Shown here in pieces: positions 36,268 through 46,564 of a DNA stretch of 64,000 nucleotides (within the stretch, counting starts at the first letter, position 1; each line of letters starts with the position of its first letter). The notes beneath the pieces are model-generated. The model did not search any database and had not been told where the DNA came from. It was given only the letters and a program-made list of their open reading frames with translations. A program made the position numbers and the translations under genes. This stretch comes from a virus (lineage: Duplodnaviria; Caudoviricetes), in the IMG/VR virus record IMGVR_UViG_3300021255_000131, positions 32,001-96,000 of that record. One strand, written 5' to 3'.

Positions 36268-39081
36268 TCAGAAGTCCATCCCAGCCAGCCAGGAAGGTAA
36301 TGCTGCCTTCCTGGCCTTTTCTTCGTGCGCTTCAACGCATTCCTGGCGGAACGTCTTCTCCGGAATAACGGCGGGCAGTATGGTACGCTCCTGTTTGTTT
36401 TCAGCGAGGATATCGCCGAAGCACTCCAGAATCGCCATCAGGTGACGCGCGGCGAACTTCTTGTTCCATTTGTCGTGGGCATGCGCCACATGCTGACGCA
36501 GAATCGCGGCGGCAGTCCAGCGAGCCAGCTCGTCGTCGGACATGTTGCCCTTATTGACACCTTGCATGAACGCAAGCGTCTCGTCGCGGACGTACTTGTA
36601 AGCGCTCAGCATTGCCTCTTCGTATTCAGCCGCTTCAAACGACGCTTTCGCGATCTTCTGGACTGCGCTGCTCAAAGTTTCGAACAAGAAGTAGATCGAA
36701 TATTTTGTGTCTGCTGCGAAGACCTCCTTGCCGAGCATGTCGTTGTATTCCTTGACCTTTTCAGCAGGAAGCACGTCGTTGCGCACCATGCGCACGTTTG
36801 CGCTGCAGCCGCCAGGCATCGCGATTTCCCAGCGGTAATCGATCTTACTGAAGTCCGGCGCCCACTCGGAACCGCCGATGATCAGGTTGACCTGGTGGCC
36901 GAACCGATCTACGATGGACTCTGATTCGGGCAGGGTTTTCTCGTCCCATCTCTGGTCGTTCCAAGGAGTTTCATCACAGTGTTTTGCAAACCGCTGGTTG
37001 TAAGGCATCGCGTTATAGTTTTGCCCGACGGTGCGAGCGATTTCCCGGAGCGCCTGCGGAAGCACGCCCGTCTTGATGTAGTCCAGAATCAGGATGGTCA
37101 GCACGTGCGGGATCGCCGCAGTTTCCAGGATGCCGCTGATGACGGAAGGATCCATGTCGATCCTGCAATCGTTCAGGATCTTGGTGCAGAGGTTGGAGTA
37201 GACGCCAACCTCGTTGTACCGTTCAGCGTCGATCATCATCTGAGCAGTCTGATTCTGCCACTCGTCCGTCTTGGGCAGCTTGCCCTTGGGTGCTTTGTCG
37301 TGGTCGAAGATCACGCAGGGCGGATTGACGCGATTGATGACTCGCTCCATCAGGGAGACGAGCAGCGGATTCGAGGACCAGAAGCCCTCGTCTCCGTCGT
37401 TGTCACCGTCCCAGTAGCCGGACAGAACAGTGCTGTTCCACGGCAGGATCATCATGTTGCCGCAAACGGCGAGCTCATCGTGCACCTCTACGTGAAGCAC
37501 ACGAGCGTTCAGCAGGTTGGCGGGATGGCGAATACCATAGATTTTCCGGCCATTTTCTACGCCGGTGACGCAGCAGGTCTTGCTGCTGTTGAAGACGCCG
37601 ATCTTCTCCTTGGCCGGGTCCTTGCCAAAGACCCAGACGTCGATCAGGGCGTAGGGGTCCATAGCAATATATTCATAATGAGATTCTTCGATTGCAGGCG
37701 AGATCATTGCGTCTGCGTACTTGTTGTTAAACAGGTCTTCCAGGTGGTTGATGATGTCTTGATTTGCCACATAGTCCGGGAAAGCGCGGAAGAACTTGGC
37801 GGCGTTGCCGCATTCCTCCTCGTCGGCCCAGGGTTTTTGTAGTTCCTTTACACAGCCTTCAACTGTTTTCAGCTGCTTTACGCAAATGGCCTTAGACGTA
37901 CCGAGCTTCCTAAGCTCGGCGTTGCTGGTGTAGACCAGCTCCTGCAGCGCCTGGCGGGAGAGATTTCGTTTGTCGCCTTCTGCCTTGTTGGCGAAGCCGC
38001 ACACACGCAGCTCATCGATGCCGAGGGTTTCGAACGTGGTCCGATAGTCGTCGAGGCTATCAAACCATTTGAGGCCTTTGCAGCACGACTCGCTGAGAAT
38101 GATATAGATACCATCAGTCGAGCGCCAAATGCCCTGATAATCTTTGATCTTATCCGGTATATTCTCGACGATGGCGACGACGGCCATTGTCTTGTTGGTG
38201 CCGAGGCGACCCTGAAGGGAGAGGAAATTCTTGGTATCCTCGAGGCTACGAGCGATGATTACGGACTGACCGTCGGCGATTGTTGCGTCCTCTTCGGATT
38301 CGGGAACGTATTTGATTGCGCCGGTTTTGGCGTCAATTTTCAACACGTTGGTATACTTCAACTGCCAGTTGAAGTCCTTAACGATGATCGCGTTCTTCAA
38401 CGCTATCTTCTTCAAACCAAACCGACTGACCGGCACGCTGCCGGAGAACAGCGTGCTAAGTACTTTGTTGTATTCTACGGGGTTGGTGCCCCTGTCGAAC
38501 TGCTCCTTGGTGCGGAGCAGCGCGAGCTCCTTCTTGTATTTGGCCTGAATGTCGACGCGAATAAGAAGAGATTTGCCGACCTTCAGGTAGGAAGGCGTTG
38601 AACACAAGTATTTCCAAACAAGCTGGCCAGACTGGATGCCCAGCTTCTGCAGGTTCTTGCCGACCTGCTTTTTGATTTGGCCGACAAGGAAGAAATATTG
38701 TTTTGCTTGATCCGCTGTGAAGTGGATTTCACAATTGAATTTCAGAAGGTTGTATAAGTGGTGTTCGAGTACGACGACGCTGTCGTCGAATTTATCGTAC
38801 TCAATGTGGAGCATATCAGCTCCAGCGGATTCATCCATTGTAATGACCTTGGGGTCATCAATGGAAATGGTGTAGGGAACGGTGCGCTCCCGCTCCAGCT
38901 TCAGGATTTGCTGGGCGGCAGAGATCATTTTCTGGCAGATGTTGTCTTTCGAGTATAACGCTTTATTGAAGATGTCTGTCTCTTCCTTCGGGAAGAAGGC
39001 GGCCTGGCTGAAGGACCAGGTCATATAATGTTGTTTATTCAGGGCGGGAGCTTCAATGGCGCGTTCGATAACCTTAGACAT
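36268..39081 (-). CDS. second YonO-like single-chain RNA polymerase (RNAP-2)
   Basis: IADGQS...LQGR..NK, LSRQALQEL, IRHPAN, WDGDNDGD (37390-37410), VGVYSN, LDYIKTG. Confidence 0.75.
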   Translation of the reverse strand: MSKVIERAIEAPALNKQHYMTWSFSQAAFFPKEETDIFNKALYSKDNICQKMISAAQQILKLERERTVPYTISIDDPKVITMDESAGADMLHIEYDKFDDSVVVLEHHLYNLLKFNCEIHFTADQAKQYFFLVGQIKKQVGKNLQKLGIQSGQLVWKYLCSTPSYLKVGKSLLIRVDIQAKYKKELALLRTKEQFDRGTNPVEYNKVLSTLFSGSVPVSRFGLKKIALKNAIIVKDFNWQLKYTNVLKIDAKTGAIKYVPESEEDATIADGQSVIIARSLEDTKNFLSLQGRLGTNKTMAVVAIVENIPDKIKDYQGIWRSTDGIYIILSESCCKGLKWFDSLDDYRTTFETLGIDELRVCGFANKAEGDKRNLSRQALQELVYTSNAELRKLGTSKAICVKQLKTVEGCVKELQKPWADEEECGNAAKFFRAFPDYVANQDIINHLEDLFNNKYADAMISPAIEESHYEYIAMDPYALIDVWVFGKDPAKEKIGVFNSSKTCCVTGVENGRKIYGIRHPANLLNARVLHVEVHDELAVCGNMMILPWNSTVLSGYWDGDNDGDEGFWSSNPLLVSLMERVINRVNPPCVIFDHDKAPKGKLPKTDEWQNQTAQMMIDAERYNEVGVYSNLCTKILNDCRIDMDPSVISGILETAAIPHVLTILILDYIKTGVLPQALREIARTVGQNYNAMPYNQRFAKHCDETPWNDQRWDEKTLPESESIVDRFGHQVNLIIGGSEWAPDFSKIDYRWEIAMPGGCSANVRMVRNDVLPAEKVKEYNDMLGKEVFAADTKYSIYFLFETLSSAVQKIAKASFEAAEYEEAMLSAYKYVRDETLAFMQGVNKGNMSDDELARWTAAAILRQHVAHAHDKWNKKFAARHLMAILECFGDILAENKQERTILPAVIPEKTFRQECVEAHEEKARKAALPSWLAGMDF

Positions 39082-39102
39082 AGTTTTCCTCCTTATGCGG
39101 TA

Positions 39103-39225
39103 TTGACCGCGTTTTCATTTTGTCGTATAATAGTGAACGGGGTGCGTTGATGAGTTAACGTTACTACAGTGGTATAATGTTTTCACCTCCCTGCCGGGTG
39201 CTGCTGACACCCGGCTTTTTGTTTT
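39103..39225 (+). ncRNA. candidate small RNA with sigmaA promoter and terminator
   Basis: TTGACC-17-TATAAT (39103-39131); gccgggtg/cacccggc stem + T tract at about 39193-39225. Confidence 0.55.
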
Positions 39226-39257
39226 ATGTGAAGAGCCTAAGGCTCGCTGAGGTGTGC

Positions 39258-39680
39258 TTATTGGCAAACAGAATCTATATATCTCAAGTTATCTTTTGTT
39301 GTTTTGCTATCTTCGGCAGAAATACAAAATGGAAAAGAGCAGCCTGCCATATTGTCTAAATATTCTGCATAATCTTTATCATGTTCTTCGGACAATATTT
39401 TTTCTTTTACTGCTATTTCTTTAGCGATAGAATATTCTTTGTCTTTGAATGTGCCGATGTTTTTAATGTTGTTGTTTATAGTTATAACAATATACTCGCG
39501 GTTCAACTCATCATACTCACCGAAGTACCATTCTCCATCAAGCATCGCTGCTATGCTTGATATTTTGAATGTTCTGGGCAACGCGCCCATTGAGATGAAT
39601 CCTTTTGCCATGGCAGAGGCGGCTTCGAGGCCGATGGTGCTCCAGGCTTTGTTGATTGCTCCGATTCTCCAATTTTTCAT
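39258..39680 (-). CDS. hypothetical early protein
   Basis: AAGGAGG SD, AT-rich. Confidence 0.7.
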   Translation of the reverse strand: MKNWRIGAINKAWSTIGLEAASAMAKGFISMGALPRTFKISSIAAMLDGEWYFGEYDELNREYIVITINNNIKNIGTFKDKEYSIAKEIAVKEKILSEEHDKDYAEYLDNMAGCSFPFCISAEDSKTTKDNLRYIDSVCQ

Positions 39681-39778
39681 AAGGTTTCCTCCTTCTGCTG
39701 TTTAACGCACAGCTGCATATTATTCGAGCAAGCGCCCGTATCTGCCCACCGCATGGATGGGCAGAAGCTGGTGCTTGA

Positions 39779-40468
39779 TTACTTTATGGCCGTGTATTCG
39801 CCACGGTGCTTCTCGATACAAGATAGTAATTCTTGCATCGAATCGAATTGCCAATCGATATCACATCCCATTAGTCCATCCCAGCCTCCGACATCTGTTG
39901 TGCTATCTCCGCGCATGACATATTTTTCGCGGATCTTGTAAACACGACCACTTCCTTCATAATGGCAATAGTTGTGGCAACACACTTGGCCATAAGATAC
40001 GGAAATACTTCCTTCCGTATAAGACCATTTGAATTTGCCTAAAAGCTGCCGATTTAATCTGTCTGCAACAGCTTCGCACGTTCTTTCCAGATATTCGCTT
40101 CCAATCTTTTTCCATGCTTCAAAGAAACCTTCGTTGTAGAATCTTGAAGTTTCTTCAATCCATGCGTCGTACTCCTTTCCATGCGTTTCTTGCTCGTAGA
40201 AAAGACTCTTATAGAAATTAATTATTCTGTATCCGCAACCTCTCGCATAATACTCATCAAGGTCAACGGAAATGAATATTGCTTGTTGCAGCTTAAACCG
40301 TTCGTACTTGAATTTATCGGACTCCACATCGAAGAAATCAATTTCTTCTTTGTTTCCGCAATATGTTTTTCCGACGTAAAATATTTTTGCAAAGTACACC
40401 GTGTCGTCGTTCTCGTCCACATAGGACTTGGTTGCCCACCACGTGAGCTTTTCGAATACTTGTTTCAT
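39779..40468 (-). CDS. hypothetical early protein
   Basis: AAGGAGG SD, AT-rich. Confidence 0.7.
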   Translation of the reverse strand: MKQVFEKLTWWATKSYVDENDDTVYFAKIFYVGKTYCGNKEEIDFFDVESDKFKYERFKLQQAIFISVDLDEYYARGCGYRIINFYKSLFYEQETHGKEYDAWIEETSRFYNEGFFEAWKKIGSEYLERTCEAVADRLNRQLLGKFKWSYTEGSISVSYGQVCCHNYCHYEGSGRVYKIREKYVMRGDSTTDVGGWDGLMGCDIDWQFDSMQELLSCIEKHRGEYTAIK

Positions 40469-41247
40469 AATGTTTCCTCCTTGCGGCTGTGCCGATAATC
40501 GTTGTTTGAAGGTTAAATTTAAGAATCTATAATCAGCATATTGATTAAGATTCTTAACCTTCGATTGAATAATATATCATGACGGCCAAAGTGTAAAGGA
40601 CAACTTTTGCCGTTGATACAGGGAACATCAGCGAACAAATCTGATGTGTTATCAGGATAATTCGCCGATGTGCGAGGACTCGTCAAGCGATTTGTCAAGA
40701 TGGAACTTTTCATGAAGCCAACTTAACAAATGCTTAACATTTTGCTCGATACAGTTTCGCGTTCCGTTTCGGCTCATGCCATCATCGGGTCTCGGACTCT
40801 TACCGAGACGACGGAATTGCCCTTGACGGCAGCGGTTTTTTGTGCTACCATCAAGGGCGGAGGGGTTTACGGTCGCGTATAACGACGTGACCGACGCGTA
40901 GAGACGTTCGTCAACGTCTCTGAGTACCCGTTAAGGTACTCAACCTCGGCTGTGCGAGCCGAGAGCCAACGGATCTTGCGCACTTGACCGAGTGCGCAGG
41001 CTAATGCATACAGCGTGTCAGCGCTGTCATGCACCAGGCGCTGTTTGTCAGCGCGTCCTGGCTTGGCGCCTGAGTCCACCATGAAGCCAAGGTTATTCAA
41101 TGGACATTGCATCCGCCGGGCACCCCACCCATTTACGCTGAAAACATAAACGAGGGAGAAAACCCAACAAATTTGTTCTTCTCTAAGTCCCTTCTCTAAG
41201 TCTCTTCTAACCGTGCTCAGCACGGTCTTTTTTATTGCCAAAAAACA

Positions 41248-41283
41248 TGTCGACATTCAAGAATGGATATATATGGAAAGAGA
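41248..41283 (+). promoter_or_regulatory. 28-bp conserved element, copy 3, at head of morphogenesis operon
   Basis: TGTCGACATTCAAGAATGGATATATATG-GAAAGAGA, about 50 bp before first late gene. Confidence 0.75.
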
Positions 41284-41330
41284 CGAGGGTCTCTGACCAA
41301 GATTTTATGATCAATTCAAGAGGTGTTTTT

Positions 41331-41717
41331 ATGCAGAACAAAACCTATGAGAACAACACGTACGTTGCTCAGCGTCCCGCCTATGGATTCAATCAACCGC
41401 CAAAGCAGGCGTATGATATGGAGTACGGCACGCAGAGCAGAAAAGAATTTGAGTATCTGAAAGATCATGGCATGCTGCCCGTGTTCGTTAAGAAATCCGA
41501 ATACGGCATCAAGACCTACAAGTACACGAAGACGCCGGCTTTATTTAAACTCCTTGTCGATTACTTCACCGCTGTTAAAGCCGAGAAGGAATACGATAAG
41601 TTGAACCGTGAGATCGAAAATAACAAGACTCCTCTGTCCGAAGAAGAGGAGCATGAGATTATCGATTCTCTGATTGATCGCGGCGCTCCGATTCGGAAGG
41701 CGCGTATCTATGCCTAA
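41331..41717 (+). CDS. hypothetical late protein
   Basis: AAGAGGTG before ATG 41331. Confidence 0.7.
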   Translation: MQNKTYENNTYVAQRPAYGFNQPPKQAYDMEYGTQSRKEFEYLKDHGMLPVFVKKSEYGIKTYKYTKTPALFKLLVDYFTAVKAEKEYDKLNREIENNKTPLSEEEEHEIIDSLIDRGAPIRKARIYA

Positions 41718-42606
41718 TGTTACTGAGTCAAAACCGAAGCGTATACCGAAGCCGCCGCAGACAAAGCTCTGTCTTAAGTGCGGCCGGGTAAAGCCTATCG
41801 CCGACTACTACGTCAACCGAGACTGGGAAGACCAGCTCGGCAAAGACATTTGGTGCAAGGATTGTGTCAATCGTTGTTCTTCCAAAGACGAAGTGCGTGA
41901 GTACTTTTGGGAGAACCATCGCGAATGGAATGATCGTATCTGGCAGAAAGCCGAGGAACGCGCTGAGAAGCTGGCCGCCAACAACACGGTTTATCAGAAA
42001 GCAAACGATGACCGTAGGCGCATCCTGCTTGAAAAACTTACATGTCAGCAAGTGCCGGCAGTGATGGGCGTCTATTACAAATACATTGATAACGGAGAAG
42101 ACGGCAAGACGATTACCTATGCGGAAGCGAAAGAAAATGGACAGATCGTAGAAGAAGCCGATCCTAATGTCAAAACGTACAGCCACAAGTTCAACGGGTA
42201 CTTTAAACCTAACGAGCTTGAATACCTTGAAGAATACTATGCCGGGCTTGAGGAAGACTTTGATCTTTCTGACACTAACCTTCGCGACATCGCACGCAAG
42301 CTCGCAAAGGCAAGCTTGCAAGCCGATAAAGCACAGGATGATTTCATGGCCGGCAAGTGCGATTACAGCGTCGTTAAAGACGCTATCTCTCAATTTGACT
42401 TATTGAGTAAGTCTGGTAACTTTGCCGCATGCAAACGCAAGCCTGGAGAAAATGCCGGCATGAGTTCCTGGTCGGAACTGACTCTGAAGCTTGAGACATC
42501 CGGACATCCTTGTACACGAAAGATTGAGTGGCCTAAGGACGATGTAGACAAAACGCTTGAAGAGTTCAAATACATTATTGAGGCTTTAGGTCTTGATCAG
42601 CAGTAG
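41710..42606 (+). CDS. Zn-finger protein, probable terminase small subunit
   Basis: CLKC...WCKDC; directly upstream of large terminase. Confidence 0.55.
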   Translation: MPNVTESKPKRIPKPPQTKLCLKCGRVKPIADYYVNRDWEDQLGKDIWCKDCVNRCSSKDEVREYFWENHREWNDRIWQKAEERAEKLAANNTVYQKANDDRRRILLEKLTCQQVPAVMGVYYKYIDNGEDGKTITYAEAKENGQIVEEADPNVKTYSHKFNGYFKPNELEYLEEYYAGLEEDFDLSDTNLRDIARKLAKASLQADKAQDDFMAGKCDYSVVKDAISQFDLLSKSGNFAACKRKPGENAGMSSWSELTLKLETSGHPCTRKIEWPKDDVDKTLEEFKYIIEALGLDQQ

Positions 42607-42624
42607 CAAGGAGGTGGTGGCCGC

Positions 42625-44270
42625 ATGATGTCAAAGCCAGGCGTTATAACGAACTGGGACGTTGCTGAAGAGCAAGTCATTTTTTATCGAACTCACTTAG
42701 ACATCTTTATATAGAAGACGCGTTTCCACCTTATAAGCTGACCCGCGACCAGCATGTTATTGCCAGAGCTACCGGCAACGGAGAAGACATTAAGCCAGTA
42801 GAAAGCCGCGGGTCTGGCAAAACTTGGCTCATGGCTTTATGCGCACATTCTATCTGCTGTCTTTATCCGGGTACTATCGTTGCTGTATGTGCCGGCACTG
42901 CGGAGCAAGCGACGCTTATCTTCCAGAAGCTGAAGATGATGGCGGAGCAAAATCCGAATATCGCTAATGAGATGCAGGCAAACAACGCTCGCAATCTTGT
43001 TCAGCTTTCCGGCGACAAAGGTAAAGTGACCTATAAGAACGGATCCAAGATGGAAAGCTTTGCTGTCCGCTCTATGCGCGGACAGCGCGCCAAGATCGTC
43101 ATCGTCGACGAGATCCCCGAGGTTGACCAGGATGAATTAGACGCGATCGTTTCACCTATCCTTAACTATCGCAGAGACATCTCGTTTAACTATGGGTTCA
43201 AAGATTACGCGTCTAAAATGATTTCTATTACTTCAGCCTGCGAAAAGTCTAACTCATTTTACGATGCGTTCTTGCGTACCGTTAAGGATATGGCGCGAGG
43301 CGAACCTGGAGCGTTCGCCTGCGCCTTAGACTACCGTGCCGCGGCAGCTAACGGAATTACCGATATGGATTTCTTCATGAAGAAGAAAGCTGAGTTGCCG
43401 CAGTCCGTATTTGACAAAGAATATGGATCAAAGTTTATTGGCGCGACGACGAACTCTGCGTTCCCGTACGAGCTGACGCAGACTTGCCGTACGTTGAAGA
43501 AGGTTGAGCTCGAGCAGCCTAAGAACAGTAAATCGAGATACGTTATATCTTTAGACATAGCTACGTCTGAAGCAAAAGGCGCCGACAACTCTATTATCAC
43601 AGTACTCAAATTCAATGAGCGAAGTGATGGTACTTACGCAAGGAAGGTTGTCCTGATCCGAAGCTTCCACGGTAAAGGCTTGGATGTACTCGCTGAAGAG
43701 CTGCGCAAGCTTTACCATTTAAAGTTTCCAAATACAGAAAAAATTGTCTACGACGCTCGTGGCTTAGGCGACAGCTTAGACAAGTTCTTTGACAAAGAGT
43801 GGGTCGACATAAATGGAAAAGAGTATCCTCCGCTTGTTGTAGACGATACTCCTAACATGAACTCGGCGGCTTTACCTGTGTTGCATCCATTCCGCGCCGT
43901 CCAGACTTTGAACCAGCGGATCTACACAAACCTGCGCGTCGCCTTAGAAAAGCGTACGATCGAGATCCCTGTGAATCAGCGCATTATACGCGCTGATCAG
44001 GAAGCAATAGATGATCCCTCAAAGCGGATGAGCAAAGAAGAGCAGGCAATATATTATGAAGCCGACGCCTTGCAATTCGAGATGGGTAACATCGTCAGCA
44101 AGGTAGGTGCAAGCGGCAACGTATTATACGACACGCCGCGGAACTCAATGCACAAGGACCGCTACTCAAGTCTCGCGATGGGCAACGACTACATCAGCGA
44201 GCTTGAAAAAGATAGCGTCAAACGTCATAAACGTGGCAAGCCCTGCGTTGGGCTTGTCAGTTATTTTTAA
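42625..44270 (+). CDS. terL: terminase large subunit, frameshifted at 42709-42714
   Basis: Walker A SRGSGKT (42804-42824), MRGQRAK.VIVDE, SLDIA, DARGLG, HKDRYSS; first 29 codons in another frame. Confidence 0.88.
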
Positions 44271-44285
44271 GGAGGTTGAGCGGCT

Positions 44286-45863
44286 ATGGGCTGGTTCGAC
44301 AGATTCCGAAGACGGAAACCGGTAGAGGCTGCGGTTGAAAAGCCTCCTACGCAGAACAAGCAAAAAGTTGTTACCGGCGCGAAAGATGAAGATGACTTTA
44401 TCAAGTACTCGTCGTTTTCTAATTCTAACATTACTTTTAGCGGCAGCTTGTCGGGCTATGATTACGACAGCATTTTGCGGAACAAGCAAAGGAATATCGT
44501 AAGTTTGTATCAGCTGTCTGACTATTACAGCGACGCTGACTCTGTCGTGCATGGTATCATCAAACACGTATACGTTCCGTATACGGTTGGGTCTTCGTGG
44601 ACATTATCTGGCACGAACGACAAGACGAACAAAATCTACGAAGAGTACTACAAGAAGATTCGGCTCAGAGAGAAACTTGAAAGCATCGCCACGGAATACT
44701 GGAAATACGCTAACGTATTTGTCTATATTCTAAACGGCGTGCCAATTACTCTTCCTGTGCATCTCTGTAAAATCGGCGACACGATGCTGAACGGCGAGCC
44801 GATCGTTGACTTTGACTGCCAGACGATTCTGAATGAATGGCGTGTTAAAAACTACGCTATTAAAGAAAACTGGATCAAGGACAATAACCTCCAGCATTAC
44901 TTTGAGGGGTATCCACCTGAGATTCGGGAAGCTTTGAACGCCGGGCAGCAGTATGCCCAGCTCAATCCTAAGTATACGAAAGTGCTTCAAGCTCCGAAGG
45001 AAGGCTGGCTGAGATACAGCATTCCTTTTATCGCGGCTTGTCTTCCGGCGCTCGCGAAAAAGGAACTCATCTCTAAATACGAAAACGCAATCCTTAACCT
45101 CGGTATCCGCTCGTTTGTTCACATTACTTATGGAGACAAACAAAAGGGACGTGACATCCTCCCAGATGCTGCTGAGCTTACCGATGTGCGCTCGATTTTC
45201 TCAAGAGCTATGTCTAACTTTCCTTTAGCTGTAACGAATCAGCTTGCGGAAGCTCATGTCGTTCAGCCGAAGCTCGATGATCTTTTCCAGTTTGACAAAT
45301 ATCGCGACGTTAACAACGATATTCTTTCAGCTGGAGGCATCAGCGGCATTATCGTCAACGGCATCTCTGAAGACGGCAGTACCTTCGCTTCCGCTCAGGT
45401 GTCTATGCAGACGGCAGCCGAGCGTATCGACGCGGCGAGGGACGAGATCTGCGAGCTCATGAATAAGATCAATGTCTGTATTCAGGAAGAGCTTGCGTTA
45501 TCTCACGTCTACAACGTCAGCCAGGTTCCTGAGTTCAAGTTTAAGCCGTTGGATATGGATGGCCGCAAAGCGATGCGCGAAACCTGTAAGGAGCTTTGGG
45601 CTCAGGGCTTAGTGTCTACTCAGACAATGATGAAGACACATGGCTATTCGTTTGAACGGGAACGCGCTATGCGTGAAGAAGAGAAAGCGAACGGCGCCGA
45701 CGAAGTGTTTGCGCCGCGGCCGCTGCAGGGCCAGACGTCTACTGAGAAAGAAAGCGGCAGGCCAGAGATGACCGACGAGGAGCGACACTCGGATCCCGAC
45801 GCTGCCAACAGAAGCAAACAACCCAAGCCATCCAACCCAGACGGCAGTATGGATGACACGTAA
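44286..45863 (+). CDS. portal protein
   Basis: 525 aa after terminase; ILSAGGISG...TFAS, GLVSTQT. Confidence 0.75.
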   Translation: MGWFDRFRRRKPVEAAVEKPPTQNKQKVVTGAKDEDDFIKYSSFSNSNITFSGSLSGYDYDSILRNKQRNIVSLYQLSDYYSDADSVVHGIIKHVYVPYTVGSSWTLSGTNDKTNKIYEEYYKKIRLREKLESIATEYWKYANVFVYILNGVPITLPVHLCKIGDTMLNGEPIVDFDCQTILNEWRVKNYAIKENWIKDNNLQHYFEGYPPEIREALNAGQQYAQLNPKYTKVLQAPKEGWLRYSIPFIAACLPALAKKELISKYENAILNLGIRSFVHITYGDKQKGRDILPDAAELTDVRSIFSRAMSNFPLAVTNQLAEAHVVQPKLDDLFQFDKYRDVNNDILSAGGISGIIVNGISEDGSTFASAQVSMQTAAERIDAARDEICELMNKINVCIQEELALSHVYNVSQVPEFKFKPLDMDGRKAMRETCKELWAQGLVSTQTMMKTHGYSFERERAMREEEKANGADEVFAPRPLQGQTSTEKESGRPEMTDEERHSDPDAANRSKQPKPSNPDGSMDDT

Positions 45864-45880
45864 TAATAGGAGTGGTCAAT

Positions 45881-46045
45881 ATGCGCATTTATGAAAACGG
45901 TACTTACCGTGACGCAACCGAAGCTGAAATCGCGGCCGCCGAGAGCGTCGTCGAGCCGGACGAGAAGCAGACGCTTGAGCAGCGCCTTGCTGAGCTCGAA
46001 CAGGAGCTGGAGGCTACGAAGATTCTGCTGGGGGTGAGTGAATGA
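45881..46045 (+). CDS. 54-aa coiled-coil protein (XkdW-like tail)
   Basis: Not in ORF track. MRIYENGTYRDAT...TLEQRLAELEQELEATKILLGVSE; ATGA overlap with next gene. Confidence 0.6.
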   Translation: MRIYENGTYRDATEAEIAAAESVVEPDEKQTLEQRLAELEQELEATKILLGVSE

Positions 46046-46440
46046 CTCTTACCGAGCTTGCGCAGAAGCTGCGTTCTTATATCGAGAAGGCGGCTATTTC
46101 TCTGAGCGACGAAGACGCGCTTGACGCGGTGCAGCTGTATCCGAGCTGGAAGAACGAACACGAATATAAGACGATTGGCGAACGCGTGCGTTACGATGGC
46201 GTTTTATATAAGGTTCTTCAGCCCCACACGTCTCAGAGCGCTTGGACGCCTCCGGCTGCGCCTTCTCTGTTCGCGAAGGTACTGATTCCGGATCCCGATG
46301 TGATTCCTGAATGGGAACAGCCTGACAGTACGAACCCTTATATGAAGGAAGACAAAGTTACACACAACGGTAAGACCTGGATCTCTGACGTAGACAATAA
46401 TGTCTGGGAGCCGGGGGTCTATGGCTGGTCCGAGGTGTAA
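46042..46440 (+). CDS. carbohydrate-binding module (CBM5/12-like) protein
   Basis: YPSWK...VRYDGVLYKVLQPHTSQSAWTP; WEQP...DKVTHNGKTWIS..NVWEPG.YGW. Confidence 0.75.
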   Translation: MTLTELAQKLRSYIEKAAISLSDEDALDAVQLYPSWKNEHEYKTIGERVRYDGVLYKVLQPHTSQSAWTPPAAPSLFAKVLIPDPDVIPEWEQPDSTNPYMKEDKVTHNGKTWISDVDNNVWEPGVYGWSEV

Positions 46441-46564
46441 CGAATATTACATATTATTTGTGACATAGCGCCGGCTTTCTATTGAGGCCGGCTTTATGTA
46501 TATCTGTGCAAACACATAAAGTATCTCCCACTGCTGTATGTGTAAGCATGAAGGAGAAATGCGT

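Noticed and set aside
38548-38556. Fourth copy of the 28-bp element (GAATGTCGAC)
   Set aside because: Only a short partial match inside coding sequence; compatible with chance
40500-41240. Genome terminus, att site or gene (ORF 40867-41256) at the strand switch
   Set aside because: No terminal repeat, att core or integrase can be shown within the window; ORF lacks a clear start signal
42712-42714. TAG reassignment or readthrough in terminase
   Set aside because: Readthrough hits TGA within about 9 codons and stays out of frame with Walker A; other genes are intact in the standard code
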